The translations under genes and the position numbers were made by a program. Shown here one piece after another: positions 52,651 through 64,000 of a DNA stretch of 64,000 nt. The stretch covers positions 97,588,001 to 97,652,000 of the forward strand of contig OZ024746.1 of assembly GCA_964016885.1 (NCBI GenBank), written 5' to 3'. Within the stretch, counting starts at the first letter, position 1. The number at the start of each line of letters is the position of its first letter. The DNA is from Eledone cirrhosa. Lineage: Eukaryota. The notes beneath the pieces were generated by a model. It did no database searches, was not told where the DNA came from, and was given only the letters and a program-made list of their open reading frames with translations.

Positions 52651-52771
52651 TTATTCTGATGAAATGACAGTAAATAATAACATTGAAATATTGAATGTCT
52701 GCATAACTAATACTTTGTAGATAGCAGCTGTTTTCAGGTTATGTAACTGTTATAGAAACACGTGTCAATAA
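52651..52771 (+). ncRNA. Type I hammerhead ribozyme motif with long stem II insert
   Basis: TTATT-CTGATGA (52656-52662)-stem II ATGACAGT/ACTGTTAT-GAAAC-ACGT-GTC-AATAA. Stem I is TTATT/AATAA, loop 3 is the palindrome ACACGTGT, and predicted cleavage is after 52766. Confidence 0.75.
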
Positions 52772-52806
52772 ATTCCTTTCAACTAAACTGTATCCATTCA
52801 AATCTT

Positions 52807-52874
<68 letters not shown>

Positions 52875-52952
52875 TATATATATATAGGTGTTTGTGATGT
52901 TTGTCAAGCAAAATTGATAAATGCTTCTAATATAGACATGTGTATATATATA

Positions 52953-53457
52953 TCATCATCATCATCATCATCGTCGTTTAACGTCCATGTTCCACGCTTG
53001 CATGGGTTTGGAAGGGAGTTTTCCCACTTGAAGCAAGAGTGGTTGTCTTGCTCGCATAGGACTGTCTGGCGGGTTTTCTACAGCTGGATGCCCTTCCTAA
53101 CACCAACCACATTTACAGTGTGGGACTGGGAGGTTTTTTCCGTGTTGCCTACACGGCCACATTACAGCGTGGACTGTGTGTTTTTTTTGTCGTGACACCT
53201 ACACGACCTCATTTATTTCGGGCTGGATGTTGTGGTACCAACATAACTTTACATTGAAAGAGGTGGTGTGGTTGGGGTGTGGGTAGTGGGACGGGGTGTA
53301 TTTTATTAGAGGTGCCTACTGACTGTAGTAGGTTTCACTTTGTACTTAGGTAAGGCGGGTCTTTTCTATTACTGTGTAGTGCCAAAGCTCTCGGTCCAGT
53401 GACATTGTCTTGGAGAGGTGTAAGTGTGTGAGGTCGGAATTTATCAAGTCGTCCCAC
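52953..53457 (-). mobile_element. Short 5'-truncated RTE-1 LINE
   Basis: WDDLINSDLTHLHLSKTMSLDRELWHY plus a 3' UTR homologous to 8617-9140. Confidence 0.88.
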
Positions 53458-53987
53458 ACACACACATATATATATATATCTGTGTGTGTGTGTATGTGTG
53501 TGTGTGTGTATGTGTGTGTATGTGTGTGTGTGTGTGTGCATACATATATATATAGGTGTGTGTGATGTTTTTCAAGCAAAATTGATAAATGCTTCTAATA
53601 CAGACATGTGTATCCCTGCATAGAACCACAAAGTTACTAAGACAAAACATATATATTTGCTAGCATAGGTATGCATCTGTATACATATGTCGGTAGATAT
53701 ATTAATTCTTTATAATTATCTCCAAATTATTTGTTGAGCAAAATTTGCCGAAATTACTACTGTGGCTGATAGTAGTGGCTAGGCTCTGTCTTAATAGCAC
53801 CCCCACTCCTAGCTGATTAACCTCAGTGTCACGTGATTGATTCTTTTGAATTTGCCACTTGACCAAGTAGGCAGTGAATTTTTCAATGTCTTGGAATCTA
53901 GCCCCGCTCGCTTTTTTCCATCCACTGAATTATTTTTATATAAGTTCCCAGTGTCCCCGCATTGCCTGGAAGCTTAGCTGAGAATAG

Positions 53988-54068
53988 AGTCCCTGATGAT
54001 GTAAGGCTTCTCTATAGTTATATTACGTAACTATATTTATCCCCTTACAGAAACGAATTAGTTGGAGT
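53988..54068 (+). ncRNA. Type I hammerhead ribozyme-like motif in a probable Penelope-like remnant
   Basis: AGTCC-CTGATGA-stem II TGTAAGG/CCTTACA (with inner hairpin TATAGTTA/TAACTATA)-GAAAC-GAATTA-GTT-GGAGT; stem I has one mismatch. Confidence 0.6.
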
Positions 54069-54115
54069 GAAATTTCAGTAAGTCAATTTTCATAACTTTC
54101 TTATTTACGTCTTTC

Positions 54116-54170
<55 letters not shown>

Positions 54171-55614
54171 CGCGCATATATATATATAGGTGTGTGTGAT
54201 GTTTTTCAAGCAAATTTGATAAATGCTTCTAATACAGACATGTAACTGGAACTGATTACAAATTTGTGTTGGTGTTGTGATAATCAGATATTTCTGAAGG
54301 TGTTCTAGCAGGGAAAGCGAGTATTAAATGATGATAATCACGATGAAATAAAGGAAGACGAAATGGTTCCAGCTGAGAATTAACTGAAGTAACTTACACT
54401 GATGAAGTATATGTCTGAAAAATCATATCATACACTTGGGGATTTGTAAAATGAGAATTATTAGAAATACACTGAAATTACACTGGCTTTAACATCCATC
54501 ATCCTGAGTAGTTTTAAGATGAAATAATTCTCAATATATAAACATATTTTTTCAGTTTAAGTCAACTGTTACACCATATTTAGATTAGAGTAGTATTATC
54601 TGGGGGCCTCCTTTACAATCTGGATCAATAATTAGTTGTGAAGGTATCAATATTTTTTTATACATATCCCTAACCATCAACTATTGATTATTTTTCCTTT
54701 GATTAGATAGAAAGCTGTTGGAAGTTAAAATCTAGCATTATTGTTTGAGTTTCATTGTCTGAAAATTGATGTTTATCAAGACATAATCTATATTGATAAG
54801 CAGTCATAATTCAAATTGTATCTGATAAACATCAAAGATATATTTAAAATGGTGAAGTATTTTATTAAGATTAAAGTAAAATTCAAGTTTATGTAAATTA
54901 TCATCAACGTTTTCATCTTTTTCTTCCCTTTCCTCTTCCTCAACTTTGCCCACTTATTCCTGAGAGGGTGCAGAGTCCTCAAGCACTCCTTCTGGTGAGT
55001 CCTGTCAAAAGCAACCATCTCCAACTGATTCAGCTGGATCCCCCAAGGATGTTATCTAACCATTTTGGATGTTATCTAACCATTTTGGATGTTATCTAAC
55101 CATTTTGGATGTTATCTAACTATTTTGCTTATGGTCTACCCCCGGGTCTCATGCTGGTTGGTTTTACCTGTAAAATCTGTCCAGTGATTCTTTCCTGAGA
55201 CATTCTAACCACATGGCCATAGTATTGGAGCTGTGATCTCTCAATTCAGAGAATACCAAGCCACAGAATGCCAAAATGATTTGTTAACTACGATGTATTG
55301 TCGACTTCATTATAACTGAAGTAAAGAGACTAACATTAAAATTACTTAAAAACAATGTTTATTAATGTGTCTAAAACAAAGACAGATCACCATGATAAAG
55401 TACATTGATCAACTAATAAATTGTAGCAACTTTCAGTTTTTAGTTCATAGCCTGTATATTGTTTGTTTGATAAAGTGTAGAGATAACCCATAAACTGTAA
55501 AGAAGTCATATTTTTGATAAATTACTTGAATATGTTTGGATTTGATTAATATATCATTTCTTGACACCAACGAAAAATAAAAATTGGGTGATACTGGAAA
55601 GAATAAGAGTAAAC

Positions 55615-55646
<32 letters not shown>

Positions 55647-56091
55647 CATGTGCATATATATATGTATATATATATATATATATACTGATATCCACCTGTA
55701 AAAAAAAGAACTGATTAAGAACCAATTTTCGCCTTTTGTGTTATGTTAATTGTTCAAAATACACACGCATGTGTATATATGTATATGAGTGTATGTGTAT
55801 ATATATATATATGTATATACATATGTGTGTGTGTCTATATATATACACACACAAACATTATATGTGTATATATATAGAGAGAGAGATGTAGGTCATAAAA
55901 GAAAAATAGCTATCGTCATTTAATATTGATGATTATTTTGAATGCTAAATTATGTATCTTATATCTGGTAAAAGAAAATAGTGTATCGAAAGTCATTAAT
56001 AGAATAGTGGGGTCTCTGCCAATACTTAAAATGATTGATTAGGAACATAGGTTGTTCTATAAGGAACTTATTTATATATATATATATATAT

Positions 56092-56285
56092 ATCATCATC
56101 ATCATTTTATGTCCGCTTTTCCCTGCTTGCAAGGGTTGGATGGGTCCTATTCAGCACGGCATCTCTCCACTTGTCACGGTCCTTCGTCATCTCCTCGGTG
56201 AGTTTCAGCAATCTAACGTCTGCTCTCACCACCTCCGCCCATGTTTTACGTGGTCTACCTCTACTGCATCTTCCTTCTACATGGG
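56092..56285 (-). mobile_element. 3' end of RTE-2 fused to an RTE-3 fragment (to about 56405)
   Basis: VEGRCSRGRPRKTWAEVVRAD...DKWRDAVL; the tail is next to (TA)n. Confidence 0.75.
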
Positions 56286-56572
56286 TCTCATGCAGTTTGG
56301 TTTTGCCTATAAAATCTGTCCAGTGATTCATTCCTAACCACATGCCCATAGTATTGGAGCTGTGATCTAACAATTCAGAGAAGTAGCGGCTCTACCTGGA
56401 GTGATATGTTTTCTTTTTTTTTCCAGATTTGTATATGTAAGAAGTGATTGCAATGCTATAGTCATATCATCCAAAGTTAATATGCCTGTTTCAATCTACA
56501 CGGAGTAGCAGAATATTGTTTTTAATAAGTCTAGAATTTGTTTTTATGCTCTAACATAGCAGATACATAAAT

Positions 56573-56894
56573 GTATTCATGAGTTTTATATCGAATAATA
56601 ATTATTTAAAGCCAGTCATAAAATCGCTTGGTATGCAAATTAGGCTAATCAGACGATGTATACTTTAGAGAATACTATATATTCTCAAGAGTTCTAATGA
56701 GTGACAGAAGAGAGATACACAATCTTGAGAAAGGGCAATAACCCAGAAACAATATTGTCGATTGTTTCTCTGTGTCACCGCTAGAACAAAAGGATGGCGA
56801 TGGTCATCTAAAACACATAGCATAATGAGGCTGTTTACTTGCAAATAAATTGAATAGTATTATTATATATTCGATATAAAACTCACGAAGATAC
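56573..56894. mobile_element. Unclassified MITE-like element with short terminal inverted repeats
   Basis: TTCATGAGTTTTATATCGAATA at 56576 is inverted as TATTCGATATAAAACTCACGAA ending at 56889. Confidence 0.5.
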
Positions 56895-57061
56895 TCTAAT
56901 GATTTAAGTAGAATATATATAGAAGCTAGTTTGTTAATTCAAATGTTTATAGTATCTTTTATAGACAATAGATCATTATGACAATTTGCAGTAAACTAAA
57001 TTAAAGGCTAGCTTTAATTTCTAATGTCATGCAGCCAGAGTTCTGTTTTAATTCTTTGTTA

Positions 57062-57500
57062 ATAGTTTCTACTTTTGGCACAAGGCCAGTAATTACTCCA
57101 ATACATTACTGGTACTTTATTTTATCGACCCCATAAAGATGAAAGGACTCCAGTACATTACTGGTACTCTATTTTATCGACCCCATAAAGATGAAAGGCA
57201 AAGTTAACCTTGACAGGATCTGAACTCAGACCGTAAAGGGCCGTAACTATATGCTGCAAAACATGGCGTCAGACCCTCCACTGATACTGCCAATCTATGC
57301 GTCCTTTGCTAATAATTTTCTACTTTTGGCACAAGGCCAGCAATTACCCAGTGCATTACTGGTACTTTATTTTATCAAAACTGAAAGGATGAAAGGCAAA
57401 CTTAACCTTGGCAGGATTTGAACTCAGAATGGCAAGGGTCGTAACTCTATGCTGCAAAGTATGGTGTCCGACCCTCTACTGATACTGCCAATCCATCATG
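57062..57500 (-). mobile_element. Two tandem SINE A copies
   Basis: Both are near full length; the target CTTTG(T/C)TAATA occurs three times (57054, 57304, 57501). The first copy has an internal ~52-bp duplication. Confidence 0.85.
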
Positions 57501-57847
57501 CTTTGCTAATAATGCAGCTTCATTTGGTACAAAATGTTAAGAGTTAATTGAAAATATAGCAACAATGTATTCATTAGAAATATGATCACAAAATGGTTAA
57601 TGAGAACGATGATAGAATTGAAAGGTTATGATGTCAAAGAAAGTGTTTCCTTTCATAAGTTATTGTCAAGTCAATTCAAGGATTATAAAATAATAATAAA
57701 TCAACTGAGGTAATCAACTCTTTTAACATCAAACTGTCTGAAACAGCCCATGTTTATGATTCACAGCTGTTTATTTATCTAAAATACTTCCACCCACAAT
57801 CTCGTGCAAGAACCTTTTGTTAAGTTATATTCAAATCACCAACTTAA

Positions 57848-58162
57848 CCCTTTACCATTTACATTACTCTATATTTACTATTGTATTTTTGTGGTAAAGT
57901 CTTTATTTCACATAATTATCTCACATTATGTCAACTTTGCCTTTCATCCTTACGGGGTCGATAAAATAAAGTACCAGTAATGTACTGGGTAATTGCTGGC
58001 CTTGTGCCTAAAGTAGAAACAATTATGTCAAATCTATGAGATTTTGATATTTATTTTGAGAACAATACCTTAACATCTGTAGGTGTGATGAGTTATAGCC
58101 AGTTTGAACAGAAAAAAGTGAGAGAATTCTGGCCAGATATGGCCAGTTTAAATGCTAAAGGG
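57848..58162. mobile_element. piggyBac-type MITE with nested 5'-truncated SINE A (about 57930-58021)
   Basis: TSD ATTATGTCAA around the SINE. Confidence 0.82.
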
Positions 58163-59014
58163 TTGATAATAGGAAAGTTATTTTACTGAATACCTCCAAA
58201 TTTGACATATGGAATTCAAAATGGTGCTCAAGGTTGTTGTCTACTAGGAAAGATGTTATAAATATTTGAATTAGCAAATATGTTTTTAGATATATTCTGC
58301 TAAATCATCACAGTATGTTATGGGTTAACCTTTTAGCATTAACATTACTGTATACTTACTATTGTATTTTTGTGGTAAAGGCTTTATCTCACCTAATGTT
58401 TGGAATATATCTTAGGAAAGACTCTTACATAAATTTATGATAGAACATTTTTTAGATAAATATAAACAATTTAGAGGAGTTAGATGATTAAAATTATAAA
58501 ACTATTATGTTTATGTAGCTAAATTGTTTAACCCTTTAACATTATTCTCATCCTCATCATCATCATCGTTTAACGTCTTCCACACATGGATTAGACTGGA
58601 ATTGTCCCACTTGAGGCAAAATTGATCAGGTGACCATGTCTCGCTCGTATAGGACTGTATCTAGCAGGTTTTCTATGGCTGGATACCCTTCCTAACCACA
58701 TTTATAGTGTGGAATGGGAGTCTTCTTACTCACATAATTATCTCACATAATATCGAATCTATGAGATTTTAATATTGTTCATTTCGAAAGCAATACCTTA
58801 ACATCAGAATGAGCAGCCGGTTATGGCCGGTTTCAACAGAAAGAGGAGATAGTATTCTGGCTGGATATGGCTTGCTTAAATACTAAAGGGTTAAGTGGCA
58901 AATGCGGAAAAATATATTTTCATAACATCATAGATTGTCTATTTGTAATTGTTCATTATGATATTTGAATTCATATAGAAAACTAATCATAGTTATCATA
59001 TATCAGAAATATAC

Positions 59015-59407
59015 TGGAGGAGAAAAATGAAGCAAGCATGCTTCGAGGGATGTACATTGACATTGTGTGTGACCAGGCATAGACGAGTTGAGAGAGAAAC
59101 TGTGCATAAGAGGAATAAACTGTAGTGTGCAGGAGAGAAGACTACATTGGTATGGCCATGTGATGCACATGGATGATGACCACTGGGTAAAGAAGTGCCA
59201 GGTGGTCTCAGTGGAAGGAGGACACGGTACAGGAAGCCCACGAAAAAACACGGGCAGAGGTGATGAGCTGACTCAGATTGCTGACTCTCGCTGGGGAGAT
59301 GATTAACGACTGTGATAAATGGAGAAATGCTGTGCTGAAGAGGACCTGTCCCACCCTTGCAAGCAGGGAAAAACGGACATAATATGATGATGATGATGAT
59401 GATGATG
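59015..59407 (+). mobile_element. 3' end of an RTE-2 LINE
   Basis: LREKLCIRGINCSVQERRLHWYGHVMHMDDDHWVKKCQ plus (ATG)n tail. Confidence 0.82.
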
Positions 59408-61079
59408 TTTTCAGACATCACCTCTGTCTTTCTTCCTAATATAGAAACATGAAATGGCTATCATTATCTTTGTATTTCTGTTTTTTTTTTTTTAAATACA
59501 ATAAAAAATTTGTAGAAAAAATATTTTTTTGATAACTACTTTAAACATCTGCTGAGAATCAATGTTTCCAAAACATTCCTTTTAACATGGGAATATATTG
59601 TCTGCAATACACAAATGCTATTTTAAGCTTACAATGCATACATGAAGATTAAGCTTACAACATAATATATATGTATATAAAGAATTAAAATGCATATTAT
59701 TGAAAAAGTAACAAAAAGAACTAATTTCACCTACATGTTAACAAGGGAGTAAACAAACACCTTATTTATATATCAATGTATATTACCTGTATTTCTCAAA
59801 AGATTTCCATATAGTTTGCTGAAAAATTGATGATGAAATTTGTATTTCAAACATCTTTCATTTATAGCAACATGTTTTATAATGGGGTCTTTTGTCTGGC
59901 ATCTAATTGTTATGGTATTAGAAATCTTATTGTCAAAAGATTTACAGAGAAAAAGTAAACTATTTATTACGCGAAAAAAAAAAAAAAATTCTGTTATCAC
60001 ATTTCTCATGAAAGACTCATTATTAAGCTTGCGTTTTGTGCATAATTTAACAAAGTTTCTTACAGAGAATTATGATGGAAAAAATAAATATATACTCTTT
60101 AAAATAAATAACTTAGTATTATATAACAAAGGGGTTTGATATAAAACGGTTAACATCATATTCCCAATAAAAGGCACTGCCTTTAATTTTCAAATTCATT
60201 TTGAAAATACCCAAGAATTTGGGATTTAGTAATATAACTAAAACTAACATTCTTATTACTTATTTGATGTTCAGAATATATCTTAGCAAGGACTCTTACA
60301 TAAAATTATGATGGAAAGATTTTTAGATAAATATAAACAGTTTAGAGAAGGAGCTAGATTATAGGGATTATAAAACTAAATTGTTTAAGTGTAACCATTC
60401 ATTATTGGGATTCATTATAAATAAAGTACCAGTAATACACTGGGATAATTGCTAGCCTTGTGCCAAAAGTAGAAACAATTATAATATAACCTGAAACAAA
60501 ATTAATCAGATAGCTCCTTGTTAGGAGCATAACTAGGGACAATAGCACCTATGACAAGCAGTGAAATTGCACCCCTGTCCAGCACTGTATTTTTATCTGG
60601 GGGCCTAATAATTTATGTAAATGGTTTAATGATCCAGCCACCATAGTGTTCTCACCCATGATAATCAGAGACATCATACATCTGAAGGAGTTTCTGTTTT
60701 CACACTCCGATGAGGCTTGACTTTAACAGAATGTGCTCCTAGTCCAAGTAGAGCCCATGGCACGTGCCATGCTTGCTATACACTAGTTATGTCTCTACTC
60801 CTTGTTTGTGCAATAATTCAAAGGAGTAAAAGGATACTCCAATATCTTTCAGTAAATTTGTTTATTCACTCTATTATAAAACTGAAAGTTGCATAAAACT
60901 ACAGTTATCACTGACAATTGGGTATAACTTAGTAGTATTTACCATGTTTTGTTGAGTGTTTCAGGTACCTATGCAGTTGCAAGCAAACACAGATATTCTC
61001 GTGACCCTTGCTCCTTTGATTTAGCAGAACATCCCCTGCACATAATCATAGATTGGAATCAAGGTACAAATTGTTGTCC

Positions 61080-62127
61080 TTGAATGCACGTAGTCTATGC
61101 AATAAGATTCATCTTTTTTGACTCCTATGTCAAAAGTATCAACCCTGACTTCATTACAGTCACGGAAACTTGGGCACATCCCTTACTCTGTGATGGGGTT
61201 TTCAGCATGACTGGCTACAACCTGTTTCATAAAGACCGCATTAATCGTCGTGGTGGTGGTGGTGTAATGGTCTACGTTCGGTCAAATCTGTCGGCAATTC
61301 CTTGTGCTGATTTGAACCAATCACAGCAGGAAGTTTTTTTCTGCGCTATTCGTATGACCATGTCAACACTGCTACTTGGAGTCGTTTACCGTCCCCCAAA
61401 TTACCATCAGGACACTCAACTTTTTGATATCCGCAGAGCTGCTACCAGGAAGATAGCCAATTATGTTTTCCTTGCAGGAGACTCCTGATACAGTCATTAG
61501 TGTTACTGCTGAGGAACCTTTAGGTGACTCTGATCATGCTATGATCATTGCCAATCTATCCCTCATGGGCAGTAACAAGAACCACAACCATCTCCAAACT
61601 GCTCACTTTGACTGGAATAAAGCAGACTGGAACTGTTACTGCACCGAGTTGCAACGGCCAAACTGGCTTGAGTTCTATGACTCTGGAGATGTCAACACTG
61701 TACTCCAGAACATCCTGAGCTCAATATGGACAGCATGTGCAGCATTGGTGCCACGTAAGTGGAAAAAACATCCCAAAAGTGCAATTTGGGAGAATGCAGC
61801 AGTCCGTCTTGCCAGAAAAGAACGGCGCAATGCTGAACGTGAGTACAAACTTCACAAATCAGACATTAATAGGAAGAGGCGAAATAGATCGTCCAACCAC
61901 CTCAAACAGGTGACAAAAAAGGCAGTGCTTCAATTTGAGCAGCGCATCGCAACCAGCCCTGACAGTAAGTTGTTCTGGAAGTATGTTCACTCAAAGCAGA
62001 GGCCTCACTCTCCAGTTGGTCCTCTTCGCAATCCCCACACAAGCCAGGTTACTGACGACCCCAAGGAATGCGCAGAGCTCATTGCTGAATGCTATGCAGG
62101 CATTTTCACTATTGAAGACCAGAGTGA
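61080..62127 (+). pseudogene. CR1/L2-like LINE ORF2 fragment: AP endonuclease plus linker, internally deleted and frameshifted
   Basis: Motifs PDFITVTETW, GYNLF.KDR...GGGV..YV, VVYRPP, LAGD, PLGDSDH, F.W.KADW and K.FWKYV.SK; no RT domain. Confidence 0.85.
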
Positions 62128-62590
62128 AGAAATATGCAAAGCAATCCTAACCAAGGTTATTTAGCACTAAACTAACTTCTACCAGTAAGACTTCCCTAAA
62201 ATTCATTCTAAATAACTATATAAAACTTTGATGAGATACTATGAGAGATAAAGCCTTTTCTGTGAAAATAAAATAGTAAATATAGAATAAAGTAAATGCT
62301 AAAGGATTCATATAATTCTCAGAGAAATTCATTGTGACACAATATGTCATAATATTTGTTTTTTAATTACAGGTATAGTTCTTCCAACAAACTTCCAAAC
62401 AGTTCCATTCCCCCAAGTTCACTCACAAGTTTGTGCTGAAGTGAAGTTATATTAAATAAAATTTGTCTAAAATATCACACAGTTGTATTAAACCCAGGAC
62501 CTTATCTGTGTGAAGGAATCCTCTTAACCATTTGAATATGAAATACAAATATAACTAGGAAATAAGTTTAGTTAATGTGTATGAGATATA

Positions 62591-62760
62591 CCGTATTTCC
62601 CAGTGTCGAAGATGCTACTTTTTTTCTAAAATAAATCTCAAAAATCTACCATGCATTCTGGAGGCCGAAGGTTGTCTGTTATTTTTTTTTTCAAATTTTT
62701 GGTTGTCAAAATTAGGGTGCATCCTCGAGGATGAAGCGTTTTCAGCGCCGGGAAATACGG
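62591..62760. mobile_element. Tc1/mariner-pogo-type MITE
   Basis: TA|CCGTATTTCCC...GGGAAATACGG|TA. Confidence 0.85.
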
Positions 62761-63154
62761 TAAGTGCCAAGGTGATAAGAGTTTGAGAAAATAGGACAAA
62801 AGAGTGAGAAAGATAGAAAGCTATCTTAGCAATTTTAATGATACCAAATATTTTGGGATTTACCATCCATTATATAGGGGAGTCAGTGTGGAGAGAGTGA
62901 GAGAGTAACCTGAGAAATTTGAAGAACGGTTGCCATTAGGAAGGGCATCCAGCTGTAGGGACCAAGCCAAAATCAGTTTTATATGAGCAAGACATGCTAA
63001 CCTCACCTAGCATTTCCCAAAATAGGACAACTCATCTAACCCATGCTAGTGTGGGTAAGATGGATATAAAACAGTGATGACGACGATGTGTCCATTTTGA
63101 AAATATTTATCACAAGTGAATGTAGGAAGAATATTTTCTGTTCTTTTATATATT

Positions 63155-63339
63155 ATTTCTACTTTTGGCACAAGGCCAGCAATTATCCCAGTGTATTACT
63201 GGTACTTTATTTTATCAACCCTGTAAAGATGAAAGGCAAAGTTAACCTCGACGGGATTTGAACTCAGATCATAAAGGGCCGTAACTCTATGTGGTAAAGC
63301 ACGGTGTCCGACCCTCTACTGATATTGCCAATCCACCAC
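63155..63339 (-). mobile_element. SINE family A
   Basis: Full consensus; long TSD TTTCTGTTCTTTTATATATT. Confidence 0.85.
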
Positions 63340-63799
63340 TCTTTCTGTTCTTTTATATATTGTCTTCTATCTCCTACCAGGTGTTGCAACCAGAAGACAG
63401 TATCAGCAATAGAAAGACAGATGGAAATATGATTGGTTTTCTTGCTATAATCTCATGATTAACTCCTTTCCGTTCTTTTCATTTTTTCTATATTAAATAT
63501 GAGATCAATACATCTGTATTGATTTAACTGGTTTAATAGTTATATTACCAAGAAAAGAATAACAAAAAAGCTCTTTTCAGAAATGAGAGTGTGTGAGAGT
63601 AAATTCTTTAACCTTGCACTCTATCTTGACAACTAACAATTTACTACCCCATCATTCCCTCTTCATTGGATAGACAAACAGTATATGTGATATGATGAGG
63701 GAAGGGAGGGTGATAGGGGAGACCTACTACCAACATATCACTGCCTCTCAATATCTTTCTTTACTCCCCTCTCTATTATGTTCTTACCCCTATCACTCC

Positions 63800-64000
63800 T
63801 TTTCTTTGCAGCATAGAGTTACGGCCCTTTATGATCTGAGTTCAAATCCCGCCGAGGTTAACTTTGCCTTTCATCCTTACGGGGTCGATAAAATGAAGTA
63901 CCAATAATGTACTGGGTATTTTGCTGGCCTTGTGCCAAAAGTAGAAACAATTATATTGCAGATAGGGCGGTGGATTGGCAGTATCAGTAGAGGGTCGGAC
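63800..64000 (+). mobile_element. SINE A (5'-truncated) followed by the start of a second copy at 63965
   Basis: Consensus match; the second copy runs off the window. Confidence 0.8.

Larger units (their letters stand above)
52292..52810. mobile_element. Penelope-like retroelement remnant: inverted pseudo-LTR pair
   Basis: 174-bp inverted arms 52404-52577 / 52636-52809 (1 mismatch seen) around a 58-bp spacer. Each arm has a hammerhead motif; (TA)n lies on both sides. Confidence 0.75.

Overview
AT-rich, repeat-dense metazoan genomic DNA, most likely a cephalopod (octopod), judging from the SINE/RTE-LINE repertoire; the taxon is an inference. Nearly the whole window looks intronic. The only host exon I can support is a 213-bp, phase 1-1 follistatin/Kazal-domain exon on the minus strand (21325-21537, agrin-like). 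The rest is decayed non-LTR retrotransposons (several RTE families, a CR1/L2-like endonuclease fragment, a CRE-like fragment), at least two tRNA-derived SINE families, MITEs (piggyBac TTAA, Tc1/mariner-pogo TA, hAT 8-bp TSD), a Helitron/Helentron-like remnant and mini/microsatellites. The main hidden signal is a set of minimal type I hammerhead ribozyme motifs with palindromic loop 3. Two of them lie in long, near-perfect inverted repeats (8260-8501 and 52404-52809) beside (TA)n tracts, the pattern expected of Penelope-like pseudo-LTR remnants. Other observations: SINE insertion biased to ATTAT sites, SINE tail-swapping between two RTE partners, RTE/Penelope association with (TA)n, and repeated birth of minisatellites inside retroposons. 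All calls were made by eye; no database searches or folding computations were run.
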